Source: Malacoraja senta (Eukaryota). Taken from it: DNA of 64,000 bases. The stretch lies in contig JAXLNO010001544.1 in assembly GCA_038087875.1 (NCBI GenBank), positions 1-64,000 of the forward strand. The letters are read 5' to 3'. This document shows positions 12,640 to 25,452 of this stretch, piece after piece; positions within the stretch are counted from its first letter, which is position 1, and the number at the start of each line of letters is the position of its first letter. The notes beneath the pieces are model-generated. The model worked only from the letters and a program-made list of their open reading frames with translations. It ran no database searches and was not told the origin of the DNA. The position numbers were made by a program, and so were the translations under genes.

Positions 12640-13340
12640 AGAGACAATAGACAATAGGTGTGGGAGTAGGCCATTCGGCCCTTCGAGCCAGCACCACCAT
12701 TCAATGTGATCATGGCTGATCATCCCCAATCAGTACCTCGTTCCTGCCTTCTCCCCATATCCCCTGACTCCGCTATTTTTAAGAGCCCTATCTGGCTCTC
12801 TCTTGAAAGTATCCAGAGATCCGGCCTCCACCGCCCTCTGAGGCAGAGTATTCCACAGACTCACAACTCTCTGTGAGAAAAAGTGTTTCCTCATCTCCGT
12901 TCTAAATGGCTTACCCCTTATTCTTAAACTGTGGCCCCTCGTTCTGGACTCTCCCAAATTGGGAACATGTTTCCTGCCTCTAGCGTGTCCAAACCCTTAA
13001 CAATCTTATATGTTTCAATAAGATCCCCTCTCCTTCTAAACTCCAGTGTGGACAAGCCCAGCCGCTCCATTCTCTCAGCATATGACAGTCCCACCATCCC
13101 GGGAATTAACCTTGTAAACCTACGCTGCCTTCAATAGCAAGAATGTCCTTCCTCAAATTAGGGGACCAAAACTGCACACAATACTCCAGGTGTGGTCTCA
13201 CTAGGGCCCTGTAGAACTGCAGAAGGACCTCTTTGCTCCTATACTCGACTCCTCTTGTTATAAAGGCCTACATGCCATTCGCTTTCTTCACTGCCTGCTG
13301 TACCTGCATGCTTACTTTCATAGACTGATGAACAAGGATC
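12640..13340 (-). mobile_element. CR1 3' end
   Basis: ORF 12730-12957(-) GESRTRGHSLRIRGKPFRTEMRKHFF, with the tail near 12645. Confidence 0.85.
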
Positions 13341-14659
13341 CCCTGATCCCATTGTACGACGGTGATAGTGATGAAGAGATGGTGCTTTCTTGTCTCTATA
13401 TGTGTTGCTGATAGCTGGGCAGGCTGTACTAATGGAGAGAGAAAAAAACTATGACAAGTCACAATTGGATGACTGGCAGAAATGGAGGGCACTTGCAGAA
13501 CTTGCTGCTTCTAAGCTTCAACCCTGACTGATTCTACACCTTGCTTTTCTAAGCAAATGTCCTTCATCATAATTGCTTTGTGGGAAAGCTCATTAATAAT
13601 ATGGGGCTGGCAGGGATGGGAGATGAGGACAAGAGGAACCCTATCCTTGTTCTGGGAGGATGGAGAGGGAAAGAGAGCAGAAGTGTGAGACTTGTCAGCA
13701 GTCACAGTCTTTTTCACAAGCTTAGAGGAAAGAGATAGAGAGCTCGGTAATATGGTGTGAAGACAGCAACTTCTCCCTCATGGTCTGTAATGGTGATGAA
13801 ACGTTTGTCGATATTGCCTCCATGTAATTTACAGGAATAATTTTATCAGGTTCCAAATATGTGAGCACACAAAGTATGAGGTAACTTTGCAAAATAAGAG
13901 TCAGAGAGGTTGCATAATTGGCAGGGCGTGTCATATGGCAACCGTTGGTAATCCTTAGGGACCTGCACTTTTAACCAGATGGGGGAATTCAGAGTTATAT
14001 ATAAAAGCAGAATCAGCTGCTGTAGACTGAATGAATAGCCCAATACTCTGAAAACATTTGTCAGTGAGACAGCGACAGAAATGAGAGAAACTGAGTCAAT
14101 AGACCAGACAGTGACCTGATGAAGTTCAGCCATGTTCACAGACACTACTGAGTTAGGCAGTGATGCAAGTTACCAAGACACAACCAGAGTCATTGAGTGG
14201 CCAGACTGTGGAAGATGGAATTTATTGAGGGAAAATCTGTCAACATATAATTAGAGCCAACATCAATGCAATTTATCAAAAGGCTATTTTGTGACATTGT
14301 TAGCTGTTATATGCTTAGTAATTATTTAGGTATCTCTCTATTGCCACTGTTGCCTTTACTCACGACTGACCTCAAACAACTGACTTAATTTACTGGATCT
14401 TCCATTGTTTATTCCATAACTCCTTAGCTTCCTTGACTTCCTCCACAGTAAGTACCGATGGGAAATATTAATTTAGGATCTCATACACCGGTTAAGAATC
14501 CAAGCATAGATGACTACATTGCTCCTTAAATGGACATATTCTCTCCCTCTTTACTCTTTTGCTCTCCATTTACGGTACTTACAGAATCTCTTAGGATTCT
14601 CATTTACTTACCTGCCAAAGCTATCTCATGTCCTCTTCTTGAACTCTAAATTCCCCTCT

Positions 14660-15070
14660 TAGAAACATAGACAATAGGTGGAGGAGGCCATTCGGCCCTT
14701 CGAGCCAGCACCGCCATTCATTGTGATCATGGCTGATCATCCCCTATCAATAACCCATGCCTGCCTTCTCCCCATATCCCTTGACTCCACTAGCCTCTAG
14801 AGCTCTATCTAACTCTCTCTTACATCCATCCAGTGACTTGGCCTCCACTGCTCTCTGTGGCAGGGAATTCCATAAATTCACAACTCTCTGGGTGAAAACG
14901 TTTTTTCTCACCTCAGTCTTAAATGGCCTCCCCATTATACTAAGACTGTGGCCCCTGGTTCTGGACTCGCCCAACATTGGGAACATTTTTCTTGCATCTA
15001 TCTTGTCCAGTCCTTTTATAATTTTATATGTTTCTACAAGATCCCCCCTCATCCTTCTAAACTCCAATGA
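14660..15070 (-). mobile_element. CR1 3' end
   Basis: ORF 14747-15067(-) is the CR1 ORF2 C-terminus. Tail at about 14662. Confidence 0.85.
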
Positions 15071-17499
15071 CTAAACTCGTGTACTAGAGTCCTTAAGATC
15101 ATCAAGGGATTTGCTTAATCCCAAACTAACCACAATTCCTGCACATTGTAGGTATCCCTCTATTCCCTGCCTGTTGATGTGTCTTTCTGAATTCCTCTGA
15201 AACATTCTCTCATATCTACTTTCACCACTTACTTCAGCAGTACCACCCCGTGTAAAAAAAATGACCTTGTAAAGCTCCTTTAAACTTTCTCCCTCTCACC
15301 CTTAAAGCTTTGTGGAATAGAATGCCTTTTATTGTCATTCAAACAGACAAGGTTTGAACAAAATTTCATTCCTATGAAATCCCTGAGTTATGACATTACA
15401 AAAAGAAAACAAAAAAACACTTTACACAATTTACACAAACATACATCACTGTGAATCTCCAACACCTCCTCACTGTGATGGAAGGCAAAAGTCTTATCTC
15501 TTCCCTTGGTAGACAAAATTGCTGGAGAAACTCAGCGGGTGCGGCAACATCTATGGAGCGAAGGAAATAGGCAACGTGTCGGGCCGAAACCCTTCTACGG
15601 ACTTATATCTTCCCTTTGTTCTTCTCCCGCGGTCCAGCAGTCCAACTACAGCATCGAGGCGACTGGGTCTCACGATTGTAAAGCCCCCGGCGGGCGATGG
15701 TAAGTCCCGCGGCCGTTTAAGCCGCGCGGGGCGATGTTAGGCCCTGCTCCGAGTCATTTAAACCCCGCGATTCCGGCTGGAGAAGTTGCCATTGCGGGAG
15801 CTCCGTAAAGCGGTCTCCCACCAGGGATCTGCGATGTTTCTGTCCACCGGGCCTGCAGCCGGAGCCACCGAAGCTCCGAAGTCGGGTTGCAGTCGCGCGC
15901 CACCACAGCTGTCCCCGCTCCGAAGTCGGCCAGCTCCGCGATGGCGAGCCCACAGAGTTGGAGGCAGCCGCCGGCTCCACGATGTTAGGCCCATCGACAC
16001 CGGAGACCCGACAGGGAAAAAGTCGGGTCCCCGTACAGGGAAGAGATTAAACGGTTTCACCCCCCCCCCCCCCACACACATATACACAGCTAAAAAATAA
16101 TAAAAATTAGAACCAAAAACATACATCTAATGGGACAAAAATTAAAAAAAGACAGACAGACTGCAGCCGAGCCGTTGCCGTTAGGCGCCGCCACTTCACA
16201 TATTTGATATTTGATGTTTTCATTCTGGAAAAGCGTTGTTCATCTACTCTATCTACGCCACTCATCATTTTATAAACTAGCAGGTCACCCCTCAGCCCCC
16301 AATGCCCCAGAGAAAACAAAACATGATGTCCAACCTCTCCTTATAGCTGATACACAGACAGATCCAGGTGAACCTTTCTTGCTCCCTCACCAAAGCCTCC
16401 TGTAATGGAGTGACCTGAAGTACACACAATACTAAATGAGGCCTAACTGGCTTTATAAATCTGCAACATGACTTGTCAACTTTCATACTCAACACTACGA
16501 CCAATGAAGGCAAGTCGGTGTGAGTTTAGTATTGTCATGTGTGCTGAGATATAGTGAAAAGCTTTGTTTCAAGACAAATCACACTTTCCACGAGTACACT
16601 CCAGTCATACACAACAGGTAGTGAAAAGAGAAAATTACCAGAGCACAGAATATAATGTTACAGCATGATAGCATTACAGTTAGAGTCATACCAACTTGCC
16701 CATGCCAACCAACATGCCCCGTCTAAACTAGTCCCACCTGCCTCTGTTTGGCCCATATCCCTCTATACATCCTATCCATGTACCTGTCCAAATGTTTTTG
16801 AAACATTATGATAATGCCTCAGGTACCTCCTCTGGCAGCTCCTTCCATACACCTACCACCCTTTGTGTAAAAACATTACCCAACAGGTTCCTGTTAAATC
16901 TTTCCCACCTCACCTTAAATCTATGTCCTCTGGTTCAAGTTACAGAGAAAAAGTCTTAAGATCAGCAATGAGATAAGTTAGAAGATCGGGCCTACACCCC
17001 AGTTTAAGGGAGTTCTCTTCAGTAGTCTGATAACAGTAGGGAAAAGTTTGTTCCTGAATCTGGTGATATGTGGTTTCAAGCTTTTATATCTTCTGCCCGA
17101 AGAGAGAGGGATAAAAAAGATCCTTGACTATGTTAGCATGAAGTGTAGTTGTAGTCGATGGGAGAGGGTGGCTGAATTGTAATAAACTGTAATCCACAAC
17201 TCCACAATTTCTTGCAATCTTGGGTAGACTTTGCCAAACCAAGCTGTGATGCATCTTGCTAGGATGCTTTCCACAATTCCAGTAAATCTTTAATGCAGTG
17301 CCAAACATTTGTCTCAATAGACACAAAAAGCTGGAGTAACTCAGCGGGTCATGCAGTATCGCACGAGAAAAGGAATAGGTGATGTTTCGGATCGAGACCA
17401 TTCTTTGGTCTGAAGATGGTTCTCAGGCCAAAATGTCACCTAATTTTCCAAAGATGCTGCCTGACCTGCTGAGTTACTACAGCTTTTTGTGTCTATGTG

Positions 17500-20400
17500 T
17501 AGATGCGGTCTCCCAGGTTTTTCACACAGCACTCTCTCATCTTGACAGCCAGAAGGGGGGCTACATGAGGAAGCTGTTCATAGACTTCAGTTCAGCCTTC
17601 AACACGATAGTCTCCACCAGACTGGCCGAGAAGCTACTGGATTAGGGCTCAACACCCTCTGTGTCCCTGGGTCCTAGACTTTCTCACCGCCAGCCCCAGG
17701 TAGTCAAGATGGGAGGGAATACATCGAGGTCCCTCACCCTGAGCACAGGAACCCCCAGGGTTGTGTCCTCAGCCCCCTATTGTACTCCCTTTATACACAT
17801 GACTGTGTGTCTAGGTTCAGCTCCAACTCGATAATCAAGTTTGCTGATGACACTGTGGTGGTGGGCCTGATCTCAGATAACGATGAGAAGGCCTACCGGG
17901 AGGAGGTGGCTGATCTGGCACTCTGGTGTCAGGACAACAGCCTCCGCTTGAACATCAAAAAAACTAAGGAGCTGATCGTGGACTTTAGGAGGGCACATCA
18001 TCCGAGGACGTACACACCATTGAGGTAAAATGGGGATACTGTGGATAGGGTGAGCTGTTTTAAATACCTGGGAGTCCACATCTCTGAGGATATGACATGG
18101 ACATCACACGCTGCAGCACTCGTGAGTAAGGCAAGGCAGCGCCTTTACCACCTCAGACTATTGAGGAAATTCAGAGTGTCTCCGAGGATCCTCCAGTGCT
18201 TCTACTCAGCGGCTGTGGAAAGCATCTTGTCCGGAAATATTACAATCTGGTTTGGGAACTGCTCTGCCCAGGACAATGAGGCTCTGCAGAGAGTAGTGCG
18301 TTCGGCCGAACGTACTATGGGAACTTCACTCGCCCCTCTACAGGAACTATTTTTTTTTTATTTATTTATTTTATTTATTTATTCCGAACAAGTAAAGACA
18401 TTAAAGACATTGATATTAACAAAATCGAAATTATCAAACAATTGAACATTGCAATCAACATTTACAATTGAGAAGAACAAAATCAAGGTTCCAATGTCCA
18501 ACTCAGAGTCTGTACAAGCTCGAAAAGGAGTGAGAAGAAGAATAACTTATTAAATCTCACCCCTTTTCCCACACTTCTATCGTATTTAAAAATCAATTCC
18601 TTACTAATAATAGTACTGCCCTAGGCAATTTCCCATAATACATACAGACACTTATATACATTCAACTATTATGTACATACAATCTTCATATTTGAAGTAC
18701 CCAACATCAGTGAACAATAGTAAACAAGATAAACATCAACAATAGTAACAAGATAAACATCAACGATTGTAAACAAGATAAACATCAACCCCCACTTGTC
18801 AACCATCCCCTCCATCCCTGTACCCCTTGAGCATTATTTTTTTATATATCATTTTAAAATGATTCATGTTTGTGCATTGCTTCAATTCCCCGTTCAATTT
18901 ATTCCACACTCCTACTCCACAAACCGAAATACAAAAGGATTTTCTAGTCGTACGGACTTGTTGTTTCTTAAAGTTAAATATTCCTCTTAAATTGTAACCC
19001 CCCACACGCTCGTTAAATAATTTTTGAATGTTTCCAGGTAAATTTTTATTTTTGGCCCTAAACATTATCTGAGCTGTTTTGAATGTGACCAAATCTTCTA
19101 ATTTTAATAATTTTGACTCTAAAAATAATGGATTCGTATGACCCAGATACTTAGCATTATGGATAATACGAATTGCTCTTTTTTGCATCATGGTTAATGA
19201 GTGTATCGAATTTTTATAATTATTTCCCCAGACCTCTGTACAATAATTTAAGTAGGGTAAAATTAATGTACAATAAAGAATACGGAGTGATTTGTAATCC
19301 AGAGCTTGCTTGGCTTTGTATAATACAGAGATACTTTTTGATAATTTTAATTTTACATGTTTAATATGTGATTTCCAGCTTATTTTATCGTCAATTATAA
19401 CCCCAAGAAATTTATTTTCATGCACTCTTTCAACTTCCACCCCATTTATCTTTATACTTACTAGGGGACTTATTCTACAATTACCAAATAACATTATTTT
19501 AGTTTTACTCAGATTTAATGAAATGTTATTACTATCAAACCATATTTTCAATTTACCCATTTCTTTTATTATTTTATCCAATAGCCTTTTTAAATTTTCT
19601 CCAGAGCAAAAAATATTTGTATCATCTGCAAACAAAACCAGCCTCAAGACATTGGACACATTACAAATATCATTTATGTACATGATAAATAATTTTGGGC
19701 CCAGCACTGACCCCTGTGGTACACCACACACAATGTCCAAACATGTAGAATTATGACTACCCAGATTTACAAACTGTTGCCTGTTACTTAAGTAGCTTTT
19801 AATCCAGTCCAGTACTATTCCTCTAATTCCATACCTCTCCAATTTTTTTAATAAAATATCATGATTAATTGTATCAAATGCTTTTTTTATGTCAATGAAT
19901 ATCCCAGCTGCATATAATTTCTTATCAATGGCGTTTGTGATGTCTTCAATTAATTCTAGTATTGCAAGTGATGTTGATCTATTTGTTCTGAATCCATATT
20001 GACTTTCTGTTAATAATTTATTATTTTCTACAAATTTGTCTAGTCTATTATTAAACATTTTTTCTAATATTTTGGAAAATTGTGGGAGTAAGGAAACAGG
20101 TCTATAGTTTGTAAAATGATGCTTGTTCCCTGTTTTGTATATTGGTATTATTTTTGCTATTTTCATTTTAATTGGAAAAGTTCCGGTCTGGAAGGATAAA
20201 TTACAGATGAATGTTAAAGGTTTGGAGATCCCCTCAATGACCATCTTAACTAGCGACATGTCAATGTCATTGAAATCGGTAGACTTCTTATTTTTACATG
20301 TTTTGACAATATCCAGCAGTTCTTTCTCTTCTACTGCCGTAAGAAACATAGAGCAGGGATTTCTTTCCACTAATTTCTCAGGTGTTTCTCCAGATGTCCC

Positions 20401-21538
20401 TGAATCAGGGATTTGTTTAGCCAGGTCTGGTCCAATATTAACAAAAAAATTATTAAAGCTATTAGCTATATCTTCCATGTTGTAAATTTCCTTATCCTTA
20501 TCAATAAAATACTTCGGGTAATTTGTTCTCCCCGGACCATTTCGGATAATGCTATTAAGTATGCTCCATATTCTTTTTATATTGTCTTTATTGTCATCTA
20601 ATTTCTTCTTATAATAATCTTTCTTGCTTTCTCTTATGATGTAAGTTAATTTATTTTTATACTTTTTATATTTATTTTCTGTATCTTTAGTTCTCTCTCT
20701 TATAAAATCTCTGTATAGGCCATTTTTTTTTTTACAAGCATTTTGTAATCCCTTTGTAATCCATGGACATTTATTATATTTTGATTTTCTATTATATTCT
20801 TTAATTGGACATTTTTTATCATATAATAACTTAAACATATCAATAAATGTTTCATAAGCACTATCAATGTCTCTTTTTTGGTATATTATATCCCAGTTTT
20901 GTGCCAATAGATCCTTTTTTAGTGCATTGATAGCTTCCTCCGATCTCACTCTTCTATATTCTATTAATCTGCTTGGTTTGTTATTCCTGTGGACACCATC
21001 ATAAACTACAAAAACTGGCAGATGGTCACTTATATCATTAATTAATAATCCACTTACTATTTTATTTTCCAAATCATTGTTAAATATATTGTCAATGAGT
21101 GTAGTCAACTATACATCAGGAGGTGCAACTCCAGAGCCATAAGATCATGGGAGACCCCTTCCACCCCTGCAACGGACTGTTCCAGCTGCTACGGCCAGGC
21201 AAACGTCTCCTTTGCCATGCTGTGAGAACAGAGAGGTTGAGAAGGAGTTTCTTCCCAGAGGCCATTAGGACTGTAAACTCCTATCTCACCAGGGACTAAC
21301 TTCACTGGACCACTCTACTGGTTTTTGTTGTTTTTTAATTGCTGGGTTGTTTTTTTTCCTTCCGCCCACAATATTTAATATGTAAAAGAATATGTGATTC
21401 TGTTCTATTCTGTTTGTAGTTTGTTTGTTTGTTTGTTTGTTTTATTGCACAAAGTCCGCGAGCATTGCCACTTTTCATTTCACTGCACATCTCGTATGTG
21501 TATGTGACGAATAAACTTGACTTGACTTGACTTGACTA
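17500..21538 (+). mobile_element. Rex1/Babar-type LINE, 5'-truncated and split by a nested L2/Crack insertion
   Basis: HTALSHLDSQKGGYMRKLFIDFSSAFNTI, IKFADDTVVVGLI and FKYLGVHISEDMTW. The frame ...PLQELY resumes at 21107. (CTTGA)n tail at about 21515-21538. Confidence 0.85.
18351..21106 (-). mobile_element. L2/Crack-like LINE, 5'-truncated, with an uninterrupted 769-codon ORF (18799-21108)
   Basis: End of the APE domain (DISDHLPVF) plus RT ([29 protein letters not shown]). TSD AACTAT at 18345-18350 and 21107-21112. (AAAT)n/poly-A tail at 18351-18380. Confidence 0.88.
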
Positions 21539-21639
21539 TCTTTGGTGTAAACCAGCACACTTGTGTCTTTATGATCCTTTTGTCACATTTGGTGCCTCTA
21601 AAAGCTTTTTACAGACACCAACATGCTCCCTAGTTTATC

Positions 21640-22320
21640 AGTCAATGAAAGTAAGCATGCAGATACAGCAGGCAGTGAAGAAAGCGAATGGCATGATGCC
21701 CTTTATAACAAGAGGAGTTGAATATAGGAGCAAATAGGTCCTTCTGCAGTTGTATAGGGCCCAAGTGAGACCACACCTGGAGTATTGTGTGCAGTTTTGG
21801 TCCCCTAATTTGAGGAAGGACATTCTTGCGATTGAGGGAGTGCAGCGTAGGTTTACAAGGTTAATTCCCCGGATGGCGGGACTGTCATATGCTGAGCGAA
21901 TGGAGCGGCTGGGCTTGTATACTCTGGAGTTTAGAAGGGTGAGAGGTTATCTTATTGAAACATATAAGATTATCAAGGGATTGGACATGCTAGAGGCAGG
22001 AAACATGTTCCCGATGTTGGGGGAGTCCAGAACCAGGGGCCATATTTAAAAAATAAGTGGTAGGCCATTTAAAGCGGAGATGAGGAAAAACTTTTTCACC
22101 CAGAGAGTTACGAATCTGTGGAATTCTCTGCCTCAGAAGGCAGTGGAGGCCAATTCTCTGGATGCTTTCAAGAGAGAGTTCGATAGAGCTCTAAAGATAG
22201 CGGAGTCAAGGGATATGGGGAGAAGGCAGGAAAGGGGTACTGATTGTGGATGATCACAGTGAAAGGCGGTGCTGGCTCAAAGGGCCAAATGGCCTACTCC
22301 TGCACCTATTGTCTCTTGTT
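21640..22320 (+). mobile_element. CR1 3' part
   Basis: ORF 21750-22049 RPHLEYCVQFWSP...; 3' UTR and tail. Confidence 0.85.
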
Positions 22321-22334
22321 TATTATCTATTGAC

Positions 22335-22592
22335 TATACTAAATGAATGTTACTAAAATACTAGCTTAGTTCCTGATATACTGCTCAGTTTAACACAGTT
22401 ACCGTCAACAAACACTTACATAGAACAGGATTTATCCATTGACATTCAATGTTTGTACTTCTGTGCAGTTGCTTTTACCAAAAGGATTGTTGGTCATTTC
22501 AGTGCTGAGTGGAAGTGTGGAGCTCAGATGAAAAGAAAATGAGTACAAATTGGGAATGAATATGCAGAATATTCATAAATATCCATGAGTTT
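22335..22592 (+). repeat. Diverged duplicate of the intron segment just upstream of the V1 exon (32993-33256)
   Basis: Colinear shared blocks: tatactaaatgaatgttact, gttcctgat.tactgctcagtttaacaca, tgtttgtactt, gttgcttttaccaaa, gtcatttcagtgc and ttcataaatatcca.gag.ttt. Confidence 0.85.
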
Positions 22593-22594
22593 AT

Positions 22595-22897
22595 GAACCA
22601 GGGTCCACAGTTTAAGAATAAGGGGTAAGCCATTTAGAACGGAGACATGGAAACACTTTTTCTCACATAGAGTTGTGTGGAATTCTCTGCCTCAGAGGTC
22701 GGTGAAGGCCGGTTCTCTGGATACTTTCAAGAGAGAGCTTGATTGTGCTCTAAAAGATAGCGGAGTCAGGGGATATGGAGAGAAGGCAGGAACCCGGGTA
22801 CTGATTGGGAATGCTAAGCCATGATCACATTGAATGGCGGTGCTGGCTTGATGGGCAGAATGGCCTACTCCTGCACCTATTGTCTATTGTCTATTGC
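22595..22897 (+). mobile_element. CR1 3' end
   Basis: aaccagggtccacagtttaagaataagggg... through the 3' UTR to a (CTATTGT)n tail. Confidence 0.85.
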
Positions 22898-23599
22898 CTT
22901 TTTGAAGCAGTGATTCCTGTAACTTCCTTTGATGGTGGGGAGGTCAGAACCCATGATGAACTGGGCAACGTTCACCAGTTTTTGCAATCTTCACTCCTGG
23001 GTGTTTGAGTGGCCGAACCCTGATGCAACCATTCAATATGGTCTCAACTGTATATCTGTAGAAGTTCAAGAGTTAAAATGGACTTGCAAGTTCCTTTTTC
23101 TAACTATTATTGCAGTTGTATTTAAGCAATGAGGAACACCGTTATTTCGAAACATGTTTCAAAATATGAATTGTAAAAGGCAGGTCTCTTTCTTTAGGTA
23201 ACTAGGGTGCTAGGAAAAGTTTAAACATTCTCTAAGTGCTGGGGAAATTCAGGAGAAATAGTGGCAGAATATCCACCATTGTGCCCATCAACCAGATTGT
23301 TTCTTGGAGTGCAGGATAGATGTCAGGAGTCAAGAGTGTTTTATTGTCATATGTCCCAGATAGAATAACATTCTTTATTTCATCAGCACAACAGAATATG
23401 TCAACATAGTATACTGTAAATAACATAATAAACGAGAAAAAAAAAGGTTCAGTGTGTGTATATATACATATATATCTGAAGAAGGATCTCGACCTGAAAC
23501 ATCTCATCTGAAGAAGGATCTCGACCTGAAAAATCACCCATTCCTTCTCTCCAGGGATGCTGCCTGCCCCAGAGTTATTCCAGCTTTTTGTGTATGTAA

Positions 23600-24180
23600 T
23601 GCCATGCAATGCGTTCGCTTATGTTCTCAGCTGGTTTCGACAAGATACTGTAAATACTGACCTTTTGGATCCTGCACTCTTTGCAGAGCACAATGAAGAT
23701 GGCTGACCAATTGACTGTACGGATTGCTACTCAATTGCCTACAGTATAGGATGAGTGCATTTTGCCCTTGTTTTTCCGTATTAATTAAATTAACAATTGA
23801 TGGGTCCGAATTTGAGGTAGTTCCATAAACATACCATCTGCGGTGCAGTGTAAGACCGCTCCCAGTTTGCACAGAGCCTGTCTTCTCAGTATCGGCAGTG
23901 AATCCGTTCTAGAGATTATAAAATTATCAGTAAAGGACTGGATACCATCCCTGTTGGGCGGTCCCTTGCTGTTGCTCCAGAGGGACGTAAGAGTTATTTT
24001 GTCCTTTAATCTTAAAGTTATATACAGCAGTACAACTATAACTAACCACAGTACCACCTGCTTTTGTGTTATAGACACAGGACCCTTATTTCCCTCTTTG
24101 TTTATCACCTGCTTCCTCCTTCTTTGGGGGTTGGTGTCTTTTCACTATCTCTATCCATTTCTTTATCAGAGATAGCTTAA
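23600..24180 (-). mobile_element. Isolated retroviral gag/protease-like fragment
   Basis: ORF 23785-24108(-) has SFTDNFIISRTDSLPILRRQALCKLGAVLHCTADGMFMELP, resembling the ERV protease C-terminus pattern P-x-x-LLGRD-x-L-x-KL-x4-CT-x-DG. The catalytic DTG motif was not seen. Confidence 0.5.
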
Positions 24181-24229
24181 ACTTCCCCCCTACGGCAAAT
24201 CTCCGTTTGACCAATCATACAGATCGCTA

Positions 24230-25075
24230 TTAAAAGTTACCACATTTAGTATCGGTCATCTCTGGTCTCTTTTATTACAACATCAGCTGGTGATCCCGCG
24301 TGATGGGGTAGATGCTTAGATGTTTGCACTTGTGAGAGAATCTTGACTGAGGGAACATATTACAATAAATGCCCGGTCATTTAACACAATAACTTTTGTT
24401 TCCTGCACAAAATTTCTAAACTTCTGGAGGGGAATTTTTGATATCTTTTCCAAAATACTTTAAACTAAATTGGATCCCGACATAAAACTGATCACACTCG
24501 GTATGCCAGAGGCCTGTTCTGAGCTAGCGATATTTCAAAGACGTTTTTTCGCCTAATAACAGCGAAAAAATTAACACTTACATTTTGGAAACAGACAACA
24601 GTCCCTACAGTGAAGATGTGGATCACAAACATGTCGGAGACAGTACATTTGGAAAATATTAGGCTTGCCTTGACGGAAAAAACAGATCAATTTCTTAAGA
24701 CATGGACACCCTTTACCGAATTCTTACAACAATAGCATGGTGCAACACAAATTTAAATTTAAGTCCGATGCTGGGTTGGGTGAGGCGGGCAGTGGAGACG
24801 AGGGGCAAGGTATATCTCCACTTTTCATTTTCTTTTTTCTTCTTTCTATATCTTTCTGCCACACTACTTTGGTAGTTTAGGGGATTCTCTTTTGTTCTTC
24901 TTCAATCTATCTTTTCACTTTCTACTTTTTTCTCTCTTGTTATCTTTTTCTTTTCTTTTTTCATTTTCATAATTTAGGTTATAAGGTTAAAAATGAAGCT
25001 GTACAATTATTGTATAATTTTAGATGCCGAATGTTTTATCTCTGTACAATTGCTTCTAATAAAAACAATATTTTA
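24230..25075 (+). mobile_element. L1-clade LINE 3' end
   Basis: 24480-24735 encodes the same C-terminal motif as the L1 at 40846 (LITAKKLTLTFWKQTTVPTVKMWITNMSET). A T-rich 3' UTR and aataaaa follow. Confidence 0.75.
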
Positions 25076-25141
25076 AATAAAAAAATTTAACACACTAAGG
25101 TGTGTAGACATTTTTGCAGAGAGTAGTGAATTTCTGAAATT

Positions 25142-25452
25142 GGGCGGCACGGTGGTGCAGCGGTAGAGTTGCTGCCTTACTGCGCTTGCAGCGCCAGAGA
25201 CCTGGGTTTGATCCCGAATGCGGGTGCTGTCTGTACAGAGTTTGTACGTTCTCCCCATTACCGTGTGGGTTTTCTCAGAGATCTTCAGTTTCCTCCCACA
25301 CTCCAAAGGCGTCCAGATTTGCAGGTTAATTGGCTTGGTTTAAGTGTAAATTGTCCCTAGTTTATTTATGATAGTGTTAATGTGCAGGGATCGCTGGTCA
25401 GTGTGGATTCAGTGGGCCGAAGGGCCTGTTTCCGCACTGTATCTCTAAACTG
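25142..25452 (+). mobile_element. tRNA-derived SINE (HE1/V-SINE type)
   Basis: gggcggcacggtggtgcagcggtagagttgctgcc (A-box-like) and gggtttgatccc (B-box-like), then the core gtttgtacgttctcccc and the tail gggcctgtttccgcactgtatctctaaact. Confidence 0.8.

Noticed and set aside
23085-23135. Acceptor-like ttcctttttctaactattattgcag after the duplicated intron segment, as a lost V exon
   Set aside because: The downstream sequence hits a stop within a few codons and shows no V motifs.
25142-25220. tRNA gene
   Set aside because: It is the tRNA-like head of a SINE, followed by the SINE core and tail, with multiple degenerate copies in the window.
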